Positions 12,801 to 24,404 are shown, counted from the stretch's first letter. The stretch: DNA of 28,993 nt from Macrostomum lignano (GCA_002269645.1 NIVC01004178.1:1-28993); one strand, 5' to 3'. The notes: generated by a model not told the origin, from the sequence alone. Numbers and translations: made by a program.

Positions 12801-12801
12801 C

Positions 12802-13420
12802 CCAGAATGATGTCGATGTGGTGAGCCGCCCGGGCCAGCTTCCTATCGTTAGGCCAGCGCATGTGGGTCAGTGCGATCACCAGGTCGCAGGACTGCTCAG
12901 ACTTCAGCTTGGCGGCCAGCTGCTCGCCTCGGGTGCAGAAATCAAAGAAACGGATGTCCTCCGGGTCTACGGTGGACAGGGTGTCCACCCACTCCAGCTC
13001 CACCAGACCCACGATGCCAATCCGCAGTCCGGAGGCGCGATGGTCGATGCAGACGGTCTCGAGGCCTTCGGCCAGCGGCCTGCCAGTCTCCCTGTCGATG
13101 ATGTTGGACAGCAGCCAGGGAAATCCGGTCTCCTGGCTGCACTGCACCAGATTGTCCACGCCAAAGTCGAAGTCGTGATTGCCGAAACACGCGGCGTCGA
13201 TGTTGCAGGCTTTGAGCACCTGGACCAGATGCTGGCCGCGGGTCGCCGTGCTGATGGTCGACGGGCTGAACACGTCGCCGGAGAAGAGCACCAGAGGTTG
13301 GAGCTCGGCGAAAGAGCGCAGCGCCGTGACGAACCTGGCGGCGCCGCCGATGTGCCCGGCTGGCTCGATGTTGTACACGTCGTTGAAGTGCAGAATGTGC
13401 AGCTGCCTGGCATTCGGCAT
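12802..13420 (-). CDS. 5'-nucleotidase family protein, exon 1 (calcineurin-like metallophosphoesterase domain)
   Basis: Motifs HFNDVY, SGDVFSPS, GNHDFDFG, LTHM and IILG, with donor CTGG|GTAGGG. No signal peptide is visible. The four exons sum to 1755 nt = 584 aa + stop in one frame. An additional upstream exon cannot be excluded. Confidence 0.93.
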
Positions 13421-13437
13421 GATTTTATTTGCCTCTT

Positions 13438-13450
13438 CTGCAAATTAAAG
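13438..13450 (-). promoter_or_regulatory. Candidate 3' splice acceptor 17 nt upstream of the ATG (cis 5'-UTR intron or trans-splice site)
   Basis: Minus strand CTTTAATTTGCAG|AAGAGGCAAATAAAATC-ATG. An in-frame TAA lies just upstream of the AG. Confidence 0.45.
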
Positions 13451-13822
13451 GCCTTCTCTGGATTGCAGGCTCGCTCAAAACTTTCTTGCTGTGAGCCGTC
13501 CATTTTATTACCGACCGAGGAGAGAGAAGTGTGGATGAGAGAGCATGGGGCAGGCAGTGCTCTCACTGAGCGATGCGTCTCACACACCCCCATCCAGATT
13601 TTCCTTGCTCAATGGTGTACGCACTGCTCCAGTGGGCATGCGTGAGTGCAGTGTACTTGTACGCCTTTACGCAGCCTGTACTGGTAGGCATGCGGACCAG
13701 TGTACACTGAACTGTACGATTTGCAAGGGTTAGATAGATTTGTGAATGAAAGCATATGCGAGCGTATGTATGCGTATGCGCTTGTGCTTGAGACTGAGAG
13801 CCTGCGAAATTGATACCAACAA

Positions 13823-15480
13823 TGAGTGTCAGATGCTGGCATTGAGTGTCAGATGCTAAAATCGTTGAGTGTCAGGTGCTGGCATTGAGTGTCAGATGCT
13901 AAAATCGTTGAGTGTCAGATGCTGGCATTGAGTGCAGATGCTGGCATTGAGTGTCAGATGCTAAAATCGTTGAGTGTCAGATGCTGGCATTGAGTGCAGA
14001 TGCTGGCATTGAGTGTCAGATGCTAAAATCGCTGAGTGTCAGATGCTAAAACTGAGTGTCAAATGCTAAAATCGCTGAGTGTCAAATGCTAAAATCGCTG
14101 AGTGTCAAATGCTAAAATTGAGTGTCAGATGCTAAAATTGAGTGTCAAATGCTAAAATTGAGTGTCAGATGCTAAAATCGCTGAGTGTCAGATGCTAAAA
14201 TCGCTGAGTGTCAGATGCTAAAACTGAGTGTCAGATGCTAAAACTGAGTGTCAAATGCTAAAATTGAGTGTCAGATGCTAAAATCGCTGAGTGTCAGATG
14301 CTAAAACTGAGTGTCAGATGCTAAAACTGAGTGTCAAATGCTAAAATTGAGTGTCAGATGCTTAAACTGAGTGTCAGATGCTAAAACTGAGTGTCAAATG
14401 CTAAAATTGAGTGTCAGATGCTAAAATCGCTGAGTGTCAGATGCTAAAACTGAGTGTCAGATGCTAAAACTGAGTGTCAAATGCTAAAATTGAGTGTCAG
14501 ATGCTTAAACTGAGTGTCAGATGCTAAAATCGTTAAGTGTAAGATGCTAAAATTGAGTGTCAGATGCTAAAATTGAGTGTCAAATGCTAAAATTGAGTGT
14601 CAGATGCTAAAATTGAGTGTCAGATGCTAAAATTGAGTGTCAAATGCTAAAACTGAGTGTCAGATGCTAAAACTGAGTGTCAGATGCTAAAATCGTTAAG
14701 TGTAAGATACTAAAATTGAGTGTCAGATGCTAAAATTGAGTGTCAAATGCTAAAACTGAGTGTCAAATGCTAAAACTGAGTGTCAGATGCTAAAATCGTT
14801 AAGTGTAAGATGCTAAAATTGAGTGTCAGATGCTAAAATTGAGTGTCAAATGCTAAAATTGAGTGTCAAATGCTAAAATTGAGTGTCAGATGCTAAAACT
14901 GAGTGTCAGATGCTAAAATTGAGTGTCAGATGCTAAAACTGAGTGTCAGATGCTAAAATTGAGTGTCAGATGCTAAAATTGAGTGTCAGATGCTAAAACT
15001 GAGTGTCAGATGCTAAAATTGAGTGTCAGATGCTAAAACTGAGTGTCAGATGCTAAAACTGAGTGTCAAATGCTAAAACTGAGTGTCAGATGCTAAAACT
15101 GAGTGTCAAATGCTAAAACTGAGTGTCAGATGCTAAAACTGAGTGTCAGATGCTAAAACTGAGTGTCAGATGCTAAAATTGAGTGTCAGATGCTAAAACT
15201 GAGTGTCAGATGCTAAAACTGAGTGTCAAATGCTAAAACTGAGTGTCAGATGCTAAAACTGAGTGTCAGATGCTAAAACTGAGTGTCAAATGCTAAAACT
15301 GAGTGTCAGATGCTAAATTTAAGCGTCAGATACAAGCACTGGGTGTCAGATCGGTAGTTAGTGTGAGATATAGGAAATTAGTGTCAGATATAGACAATGG
15401 GTGTCAGATACAGGAAATTAGTGTCAGATAAAGACAATGGGTGCCAGATACAGGTAATTAGTGTCAAATACTGGCATGAT
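13823..15480. repeat. 20-bp minisatellite (GAGTGTCAGATGCTAAAA[C/T]T)n with 23-bp variants, degenerate at the right end
   Basis: Direct reading. Confidence 0.97.
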
Positions 15481-16134
15481 TTGAAAACAGGTTTTTAAAT
15501 CAACTTTTTTATCCCATCAAAATACAGTGACAAGAGCAAACTTAGCTACTGACAGTACAGCTGTAGGATTCGTGAATTATGATCGCTGAGAACAAGATAA
15601 AAGCCACTCCATGAGTTGAGAGCCACTTTTTGCACAATGCTAACAATAAAGAGACAAATTGGCTCAAATACGAGTATAATTTAAAAGCTGGACCGCTGCT
15701 GCTAAGGACTCAGGTATCCGTACGCCGCAGGCGGTCCTACTGTCTGACGGCCTCGAATCGGAGCATTTTTCTCAGCAGGAGGGCGCAGAGATTAGACAAA
15801 TGACCGAACTTTACTCTCTTGTCCACTTCGGCTTCTCAAGTTATCAAACTGGAATCTCGAGCCGCCTCTGTTTCTCTATTACAGTTTCTCCATTCTGTCA
15901 TTCCATCCAAAGTGGAAACTCGAGTCCTCAGGGGAGAAACGGTCAGTAGGAGCAATGAAAGCAGCAGGTGAAACCCGACTGTAATTACAGATGCTGCGCT
16001 TGTGGGCTGAGGTGTGGCCTGAATTGCTTTCCAGGCAGCTATGAACAGCTGACAGATTTTCTATTGTCAAACATTTCTCTCTGCACACTTTACAGCTTGC
16101 CAACTTTTTAGTTTGCTAACGAGTTAAGATAGAA

Positions 16135-17432
16135 CTATCTAACTCTCAGTCTCCACCTCTCACTCTCTAACTCTCAGTCTCCACCTCTCACTCTCTAACT
16201 CTCAGTCTCAACCTCTCACTCTCTAACTCTCAGTCTCCACCTCTCACTCTTTAACTCTCAGTCTCCACCTCTCACTCTCTAACTCTCAGTCTCCACCTCT
16301 CACTCTCCGACTCTCAGTCTCAACCTCTCACTCTCTAACTCTCAGTCTCCACCTCTCACTCTCTAACTCTCAGTCTCCACCTCTCACTCTCTAACTCTCA
16401 GTCTCCATCTCTCACTCTCTAACTCTCAGTCTCCACCTCTCACTCTTTAACTCTCAGTCTCCACCTCTCACTCTCTAACTCTCAGTCTCAACCCTTCACT
16501 CTCTAACTCTCAGTCTCCATCTCTCACTCTCTAACTCTCAGTCTCAACCTCTCACTCTCTAACTCTCAGTCTCCACCTCTCACTCTCTAACTCTCACTCT
16601 CCACATCTCACTCTCCGACTCTCAGTCTCAACCTCTCACTCTCTAACTCTCAGTCTCCACCTCTCACTCTCTAACTCTCAGTCTCCACCTCTCACTATCT
16701 AATTCTCAGTCTCCACCTCTCACTCTCTAACTCTCAGTCTCCATCTCTCACTCTCTAACTCTCACTCTCCACATCTCACTCTCTAACTCTCAGTCTTCAT
16801 CTCTCACTCTCTAACTCTCAGTCTTCATCTCTCACTCTCAACCTCTCAGCTATCACTCTCTAACTCTTAGTCTCAACCTCTCACTCTCTAACTCTCAGTC
16901 TCCACCTCTCACTCTCTAACTCTCAGTCTCCACATCTCACTCTCCGACTCTCAGTCTCAACCTCTCACTCTCTAACTCTCAGTCTTCATCTCTCACTCTC
17001 TAACTCTCAGTCTCCACCTCTCACTCTCAACCTCTCAGCTCTCACTCTCTAACTCTCAGTCTCCACCTCTCACTCTCTAACTCTCAGTCTCCACCTCTCA
17101 CTCTCTAACTCTCAGTCTCCACCTCTCACTCTCTAACTCTCAGCTCTCACTCTCTAACTCTCAGCTCTCACTCTCTAACTCTCAGTCTCCACCTCTCACT
17201 CTCAACCTCTCAGCTTTTACTCTCTAACTCTCAGTCTCAACCTCTCACTCTCTAACTCTCACTCTCAACCTCTCACTCTCTAACTCTCACTCTCAACCTC
17301 TCACTCTCTAAATCTCATCTCCACCTCTCACTCTCTAACTTTTACTCTCTACCCTCACTTTCCAGCTCTCATTCTACACCTCTCACTCTCGACATCTCAC
17401 TCTTTACCTTTCAGTCTCCACCTCTCAGTCTC
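16135..17432. repeat. 28-bp CT-rich minisatellite (CTCTCACTCTCTAACTCTCAGTCTCCAC)n built of two 14-bp subunits
   Basis: Direct reading. Strong pyrimidine strand bias; decays toward the right. Confidence 0.96.
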
Positions 17433-18721
17433 CATTCAGAAGCAGCTTTTAACGTAGAAATTTTAAGCAGGAATTTTAGGCAGGAAATTTTAAGCAAGTT
17501 AAACCAAGTTTCAAGTCTGACATTCGCAACAAAGTCTGTTCGCATTCGAATCCCGGTCGCATGAGCATTGGGAACACGAGTTTAAAATCTGTTATCTCAT
17601 CTGGTGCGGCAGAGAAAATGCAACATGTTGGCCTCGAATGGCTTGCCTCAAGCTCGCAACCCTATCGAATTGAACTCGCAACTGCACGCGGATCTGCAAA
17701 ACTCGGGGATTTCAATCTTATTTGCCGAATTATTTGCTCAAAGTCTCCCTCTCACTCAGATTCGAACCGCTCTTCCGGGGGGGGGGGGCGGTGAAGCAAT
17801 ATATCACAGGCCTCTTATCAACTCAGCATGAAATTTGCCAGCAGTTAAGCAAATCCCACAGCTCCCCATGGGCCCTCAAAAGCAAGATAAGGAAGGTTCG
17901 GCAGATTTCAGGGGAAAATCGAGAGACCCCCCCCCCCAACAGCGCTGGTCCGCCTGTTTCTTGCCCCGATCTCCACTGTCGATTAGCCGTCATCTGTCCG
18001 TTTGAAAGGCGTCGGTCGCATCGGCGGGCGGGCAGCGGCGGGAGAGGGAAGTTACTGCGAAAGTCACCAAAAATTTTCCAACAAATATTTGCCCTGATAA
18101 GAGACTCGCTTCCCCAAACTCCCCTCTCTCTCTCTCTGTCCCAATAACCCCTTTCTTCCCCGATAACCGCTGTCGGGAGTTCGATAGCTTTTCCGAAAAT
18201 ATTGCTCAAACCCAGCCGAGTCTTAATTAACCCGATGCAGCATGTATTATTGCCCTTTCAACTGTGTCCCCTCTGGCGAGAAGCGGAGTCTGTGCAGCGC
18301 GGGTTCTGATTGTAACTCTCAGCTCTTGTGGAACAGAGGGGCTCGGCGGGCAGAGGCCTCAGTGTTTCCTTATCAGAGCGGGCGGGGTTGACTCCGACAG
18401 TTTTTGGGGCTTATTTATTGAACCAGGGCTCTGCTTTCTGGCGCTCTCGAGAGTCGCTCATTATCTGGCCGAATAGCTGGTCCTGGCTTTTGTAGCTTCG
18501 AATACGCTTGGAGTCTGGCGCTCCCAGATCACCTTCGCAACCAGCGGACCAAGCCAGCTTTCCTTCTCTGCGCCAGCCATGGCTGAAGGTGGTCAGTCTT
18601 CTCAGCCTCATCGAATTGTTGAAAAGTCCGAACTGCTGCACGGTATTGGTGAGTCTGGAGCTCCATTGTGATCATCCACACACTGGCGAGGATAGGTTCC
18701 CCTACATTTTTACACGCTGTG

Positions 18722-20363
18722 GCATACAGTTTCTCTGCTGACATCTGACTACAGCTTCTCTGCTGACATCTGACTACAGCTTCTCTGCTGACATCTGACT
18801 ACAGCTTCTCTGCTGACATCTGACTACAGCTTCTCTGCTGACATCTGACTACAGCTTCTCTGCTGACATCTGACTACAGCTTCTCTGCTGACATCTGACT
18901 ACAGCTTCTCTGCTGACATCTGACTACAGCTTCTCTGCTGACATCTGACTACAGCTTCTCTGCTGACATCTGACTACAGCTTCTCTGCTGACATCTGACT
19001 ACAGCTTCTCTGCTGACATCTGACTACAGCTTCTCTGCTGACATCTGACTACAGCTTCTCTGCTGACATCTGACTACAGCTTCTCTGCTGACATCTGACT
19101 ACAGCTTCTCTGCTGACATCTGACTACAGCTTCTCTGCTGACATCTGACTACAGCTTCTCTGCTGACATCTGACTACAGCTTCTCTGCTGACATCTGACT
19201 ACAGCTTCTCTGCTGACATCTGACTACAGCTTCTCTGCTGACATCTGACTACAGTTTCTCTGCTGACATCTGACTATACAGCTTCTCTGCTGACATCTGA
19301 CTATACAGCTTCTCTGCTGACATCTGACTATACAGCTTCTCTGCTGACATCTGACTATACAGCTTCTCTGCTGACATCTGACTATACAGCTTCTCTGCTG
19401 ACATCTGACTACAGCTTCTCTGCTGACATCTGACTACAGCTTCTCTGCTGACATCTGACTACAGCTTCTCTGCTGACATCTGACTATACAGCTTCTCTGC
19501 TGACATCTGACTACAGCTTCTCTGCTGACATCTGACTATACAGCTTCTCTGCTGACATCTGACTACAGCTTCTCTGCTGACATCTGACTACAGCTTCTCT
19601 GCTGACATCTGACTACAGCTTCTCTGCTGACATCTGACTATACAGCTTCTCTGCTGACATCTGACTATACAGCTTCTCTGCTGACATCTGACTATACAGC
19701 TTCTCTGCTGACATCTGACTATACAGCTTCTCTGCTGACATCTGACTACAGCTTCTCTGCTGACATCTGACTACAGCTTCTCTGCTGACATCTGACTACA
19801 GCTTCTCTGCTGACATCTGACTATACAGCTTCTCTGCTGACATCTGACTACAGCTTCTCTGCTGACATCTGACTATACAGCTTCTCTGCTGACATCTGAC
19901 TATACAGCTTCTCTGCTGACATCTGACTATACAGCTTCTCTGCTGACATCTGACTATACAGCTTCTCTGCTGACATCTGACTATACAGCTTCTCTGCTGA
20001 CATCTGACTATACAGCTTCTCTGCTGACATCTGACTATACAGCTTCTCTGCTGACATCTGACTATACAGCTTCTCTGCTGACATCTGACTATACAGCTTC
20101 TCTGATGACATCTGACTACAGCTTCTCTGATGACATCTGACTACAGCTTCTCTGATGACATCTGACTATACAGCTTCTCTGCTGACATCTGACTACAGCT
20201 TCTCTGATGACATCTGACTACAGCTTCTCTGCTGACATCTGACTACAGCTTCTCTGATGACATCTGACTACAGCTTCTCTGATGACATCTGACTACAGCA
20301 GCTTCTCTGATGACATCTGACTACAGCAGCTTCTCTGATGACATCTGACTACAGCAGCTTCTC
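18722..20363. repeat. 25/27-bp minisatellite (ACAGCTTCTCTGCTGACATCTGACT[AT])n
   Basis: Direct reading. Runs of the 27-bp unit give the MSAEKLYSQ shadow ORF. Confidence 0.98.
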
Positions 20364-20404
20364 TCCTTCTTCCTAACTACGACTCACCACCCACTCTCGC
20401 TCTC

Positions 20405-20683
20405 ACCCACTCTCCCTAACCCACTCTCCCTAACCCACTCTCCCTAACCCACTCTCCCTAACCCACTCTCCCTAACCCACTCTCCCTAACCCACTCTCCC
20501 TAACCCACTCTCCCTAACCCACTCTCCCTAACCCACTCTCCCTAACCCACTCTCCCTAACCCACTCTCCCTAACCCACTCTCCCTAACCCACTCTCCCTA
20601 ACCCACTCTCCCTAACCCACTCTCCCTAACCCACTCTCCCTAACCCACTCTCCCTAACCCACTCTCCCTAACCCACTCTCCCT
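20405..20683. repeat. 14-bp tandem repeat (CCCACTCTCCCTAA)n, about 20 perfect copies
   Basis: Direct reading. The minus-strand unit is TTAGGGAGAGTGGG. Confidence 0.98.
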
Positions 20684-21289
20684 CTATCACCTACACTCCC
20701 TCTCACGCACTCCCTTTCACCTACTCTCTCGCTCTCACCTTCTCTCCCTCACCCACGCTTCCTCTCACCCACACATTCTCACCCAAGTAGCTGCTCACCA
20801 CCAACTCTACAAATGTTTCAAAATGCATCGCTGTTTCACATTTATTACTCCGATATGACTTGTATTCTTCATATTCTTCATAAAAAAGTTCTCACCTGCA
20901 TCGAAAATGTGCATGAATGAACCTCGACTCAAACTAGAAGGCTAACTGACTACTCAGCTCAGCCATTTCTGGTCAAGCTTTCGAACAGAGAAATCTGATT
21001 CACCATTTAGTCACGGTGCCCGCTCTCTCACGGTCTGTGTGCCAAACATCAGGCACAGATAAGATAAGAGCCAAGCTTAGGCCTTGAGCGTATCGTGACC
21101 CAGCGTAAAATTTTTTCCAGTGTTAAACTTTTCTCATATTTATATGATTATTTTTTCTTTTCTCTCTGTCAACTGAATCTGGTTCGTAACTTTGTTTCGA
21201 ATTTTACATTTTTTTAATCCCAATGTTTCCGATCCGAGCACACTTGAAATACTGGAATTCCCAGAATCATTAGCCTCCTCTGTTGAGAT

Positions 21290-22030
21290 TCTCCAATAAT
21301 ATAATTCTCCGATACCAAAATTCTCATATACCGGAATTCCCCGATACCAAAATTCTCATGTACCGATATTCACCGAAAACGAAATTCTCCCATATTGAAG
21401 TTCTCCGATACCGAAATTCCCCGAAACCAAATTCCCCGATACCAAAATTCTCCGATACCGAAATCCCCTGTACCAAAATTCTCCCATTACAAAATTCCTC
21501 CATACAAAATTCTTTCATACCAAAATTCCTCCATACAAAATTCTTTCATACCAAAATTCCTCCATACAAAATTCTTTCATACCAAAATTCCTCCATACAA
21601 AATTCTTTCATACCAAAATTCCTCCATACAAAATTCTTTCATACCAAAATTCCTCCATACCAAAATTCTCCCATACCTAAATTTCCCGACACCCAAATTC
21701 TCCGAAACCGAAATTCTTCAAAACCAAAATTCTCTCATACCAAAATTCTCCCATACCAAAATTCTCCGATACCAAAATTCTCTCATACCAAAATTCTCTC
21801 ATACCAAAATTCTCTCATACCAAAATTCTCCCATACCAAAATTCTCCGATACCAAAATTCTCTCATACCAAAATTCTCTCATACCAAAATTCTCTCATAC
21901 CAAAATTCTCTCATACCAAAATTCTACGAAACCGAAATTCTTCCATACCGAAATTCTCCGATAGCGAAAAATTCCCCATACCGAATTCTCCGATACCAAA
22001 ATTTTCTCCCCCTACCGAAATTCTCCGCTA
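21290..22030. repeat. Degenerate ~16-bp minisatellite (ATACCAAAATTCTCTC)n with a 31-bp dimeric block near 21490-21660
   Basis: Direct reading. AAAATTC or AAATTC recurs throughout. Confidence 0.92.
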
Positions 22031-22776
22031 ACGCAACCGAAATTCCCTTAAAACACATTAGAAACGCCTAAAACTAAAAAGGCATACAAAAACAAGACGG
22101 GAGTAAAACTCCGTTAGCAATTCTCACCGATTGAGCGCCCCCCCCCAAATCTTATCGGAACCTCTGGTAGGGCAGTGCAGAGTCGGAGCTGGGCAGGCAA
22201 AGAGTAACCCTGTCACCAGTGAATTTAGAAGCCAAAAGCAATTCAACATGGCACAACACGAAGCAGAGCTGCTCGGCCTGATAAAAAGCGCAAACTTTTC
22301 TTAGTCTGCAAAACTTCCCGTCTATGCATGCGGACAGCAAAATAAAGATTTGTTGAGCAGTCGTCGGAACCCAAGTCACTATCTGAGCTGCTTGCTTGGG
22401 CCTTCTGCTTTTTACGTTGGAGACGGAAAAAGTGTTGCGATAAGAGATAGTAAAACTTGCAAGCTAACACAGAATGCAGTCCAGCTGAAGCGTTTCCAGT
22501 AGTGACAGTTTTTACACCAGAGGCTAAAAACGAAAATATAGGTTTTATTAGATTAATATAAGACGTTTAAGAAAAACCTTGTTCAGTAGAGCCAGTGAGT
22601 TTCTAATCTTTGCTTCTTAGATTTTTTGTTTGAAAAAAACAGTGCGATTTCCCGTAAACCGGTTTTCCAATACGATGTTAAGCTTTCTGGTCTGGGTAAT
22701 TAGCTCACTATTTAGTTTACTAGCTCATTATGGACGAAGTAGTTCACTCTAACAAATTCAACCAAGCTAACTGATG

Positions 22777-23275
22777 CAGTTCACTCTCGATAGCATGTCA
22801 CTCTCAACTCTCAGCTCACTGTCTATAGCATGTCACTCTCAACTCTCAGCTCACTCTCGATAGCATGTCACTCTCAACTCAGTTCACTCTCGATAGCATG
22901 TCACTCTCAGCCTTCAGTTCACTCTCGATAGCATGTCACTATCAAGTCTCAGTTCACTCTCGATACCATGTCACTCTCAACCCTCAGTTCACTGAGTTCA
23001 CTCTCGATAGGCATGTCACTCTCAGCCTTCAGTTCACTCTCGATAGCATGTCACTCTCAACTCTCAGCTCACTCTCGATAGCATGTCACTCTCAACTTTC
23101 AGTTCACTCTCGATAGCATGTCACTCTCAACTCTCAGCTCACTCTCGATAGCATGTCACTCTCAACTTTCAGTTCACTCTCGATAGCATGTCACTCTCAG
23201 CCTCCAGCTCACTCTCGATAAGCATGTCACTCTCAACTCTCAGCTCACTCTCGATAGCATGTCACTCTCAGCCTC
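22777..23275. repeat. 35-bp minisatellite (CACTCTCGATAGCATGTCACTCTCAACTCTCAG[T/C]T)n, about 14 copies
   Basis: Direct reading. Confidence 0.95.
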
Positions 23276-23289
23276 AATACTGTACTCAG

Positions 23290-23470
23290 GTACGCACTCA
23301 TACACACGCTCACACAGGGTGTACATCGGCCCTCTGACTTGCCAATCGCCAGGCATGTACACTGTCTGTGCCATGGGGGCTGGCACTCATGGCTGTGCCT
23401 TGTGAATCGCACGAAAACGAATGCGGCCGCGCACGGAATCGAACCAGGGACTTTAGGTGCGCCAAGTTGA
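23290..23470 (-). mobile_element. Possible tRNA-derived SINE remnant
   Basis: Perfect Pol III B-box/T-loop GGTTCGATTCC on the minus strand (23445-23435). No clear A-box or cloverleaf. Confidence 0.3.
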
Positions 23471-23879
23471 GTTAATTAATTTCACAGTTTGAAGACCTGT
23501 CTGTCCTGTATCCCTTTAGCCAGCCAGCCAGCGCGCAACCAGTTGTGCGATAATTTCACCAGAATTGAGGGGAAAATGATAAACAGCAAGGGGAGCGAAG
23601 ATCTGCATTGAATTCCTAGCCCGCATCAGCGACCGGGTAGCTTCTGGCGGCCTGCATGGGAGACAAATGATAGATCCCTTCCAACTAAGGAGATTTGTTG
23701 ATCATATGACAGCCAAGTCTGACCATGGAATACTAGAAAATAGTGTCTGGAACGGACCTCATAATAGTCTATTAACTTCGGAAGCAAGCGAATTTGTTTC
23801 TTAACATGTCTGAAATTCTGATAAAAACGAACTGTGGAGTCGCGGACAGCTGAAGTACAAGGAGGCCTGCATTATCAAC

Positions 23880-24388
23880 AGGAGAGGGGAGAGGAGAGGG
23901 GAAGGGAGAGGGGAGAGGAGAGAGGAGAGGGGAGAGGGAGAGGAGAGGGAGAGGAGAGGAGAGGAGAGAGGAGAGGAGAGAGGAGAGGGAGAGGGGAGAG
24001 GAGAGAGGAGAGGAGAGAGGAGAGGGAGAGGAGAGAGGAGAGGGGAGAGGAGAGGGGAGAGGGGAGAGGAGAGAGGAGAGGAGAGGGGAGAGGGGAGAGG
24101 AGAGAGGAGAGGGGAGAGGAGAGGGGAGAGGGAGAGGGAGAGGAGAGGAGAGAGGAGAGAGGAGAGGGAGAGGAGAGAGGAGAGAGGAGAGAGGAGAGAG
24201 GAGAGAGGAGAGGGGAGAGGGGAGAGGAGAGAGGAGAGGGGAGAGGAGAGAGGAGAGGGGAGAGGAGAGAGGAGAGGGAGAGGAGAGAGGAGAGGGGAGA
24301 GGAGAGGGGAGAGGGGAGAGGGGAGAGGAGGGAGGAGAGGAGAGAGGAGAGGGGAGAGGAGAGAGGAGAGAGGAGAGGAGAGGGGAGA
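23880..24388. repeat. 509-bp pure polypurine (GGAGA/GAGAG/GGGGA) low-complexity tract
   Basis: No pyrimidine on the + strand between C23879 and C24389. Confidence 0.97.
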
Positions 24389-24404
24389 CGAGAGGAGAGG
24401 GGAT

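Noticed and set aside
9704-13645. Plus-strand and alternate-frame ORFs overlapping the nucleotidase exons (207, 309, 159 aa and others)
   Set aside because: These are shadow ORFs of GC-rich coding sequence with no recognisable motifs.
15879-16103. Cys/His-containing 74-aa ORF (CKVCREKC...) as a possible zinc finger
   Set aside because: It has a TTG start, the ligand spacing fits no zinc-finger pattern I recognise, and there is no supporting exon structure.
17540-17560. TTCGAATCCC T-loop-like motif as a tRNA
   Set aside because: It lacks the preceding G of GTTC, and no D-arm or acceptor stem can be built.
17775-17940. Poly-G and poly-C runs facing each other
   Set aside because: Complementarity does not extend beyond the homopolymers, so there is no TIR evidence.
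20405-20683. Telomere or interstitial telomeric array
   Set aside because: TTAGGG is only 6 of 14 bp in each unit; there are no tandem hexamers.
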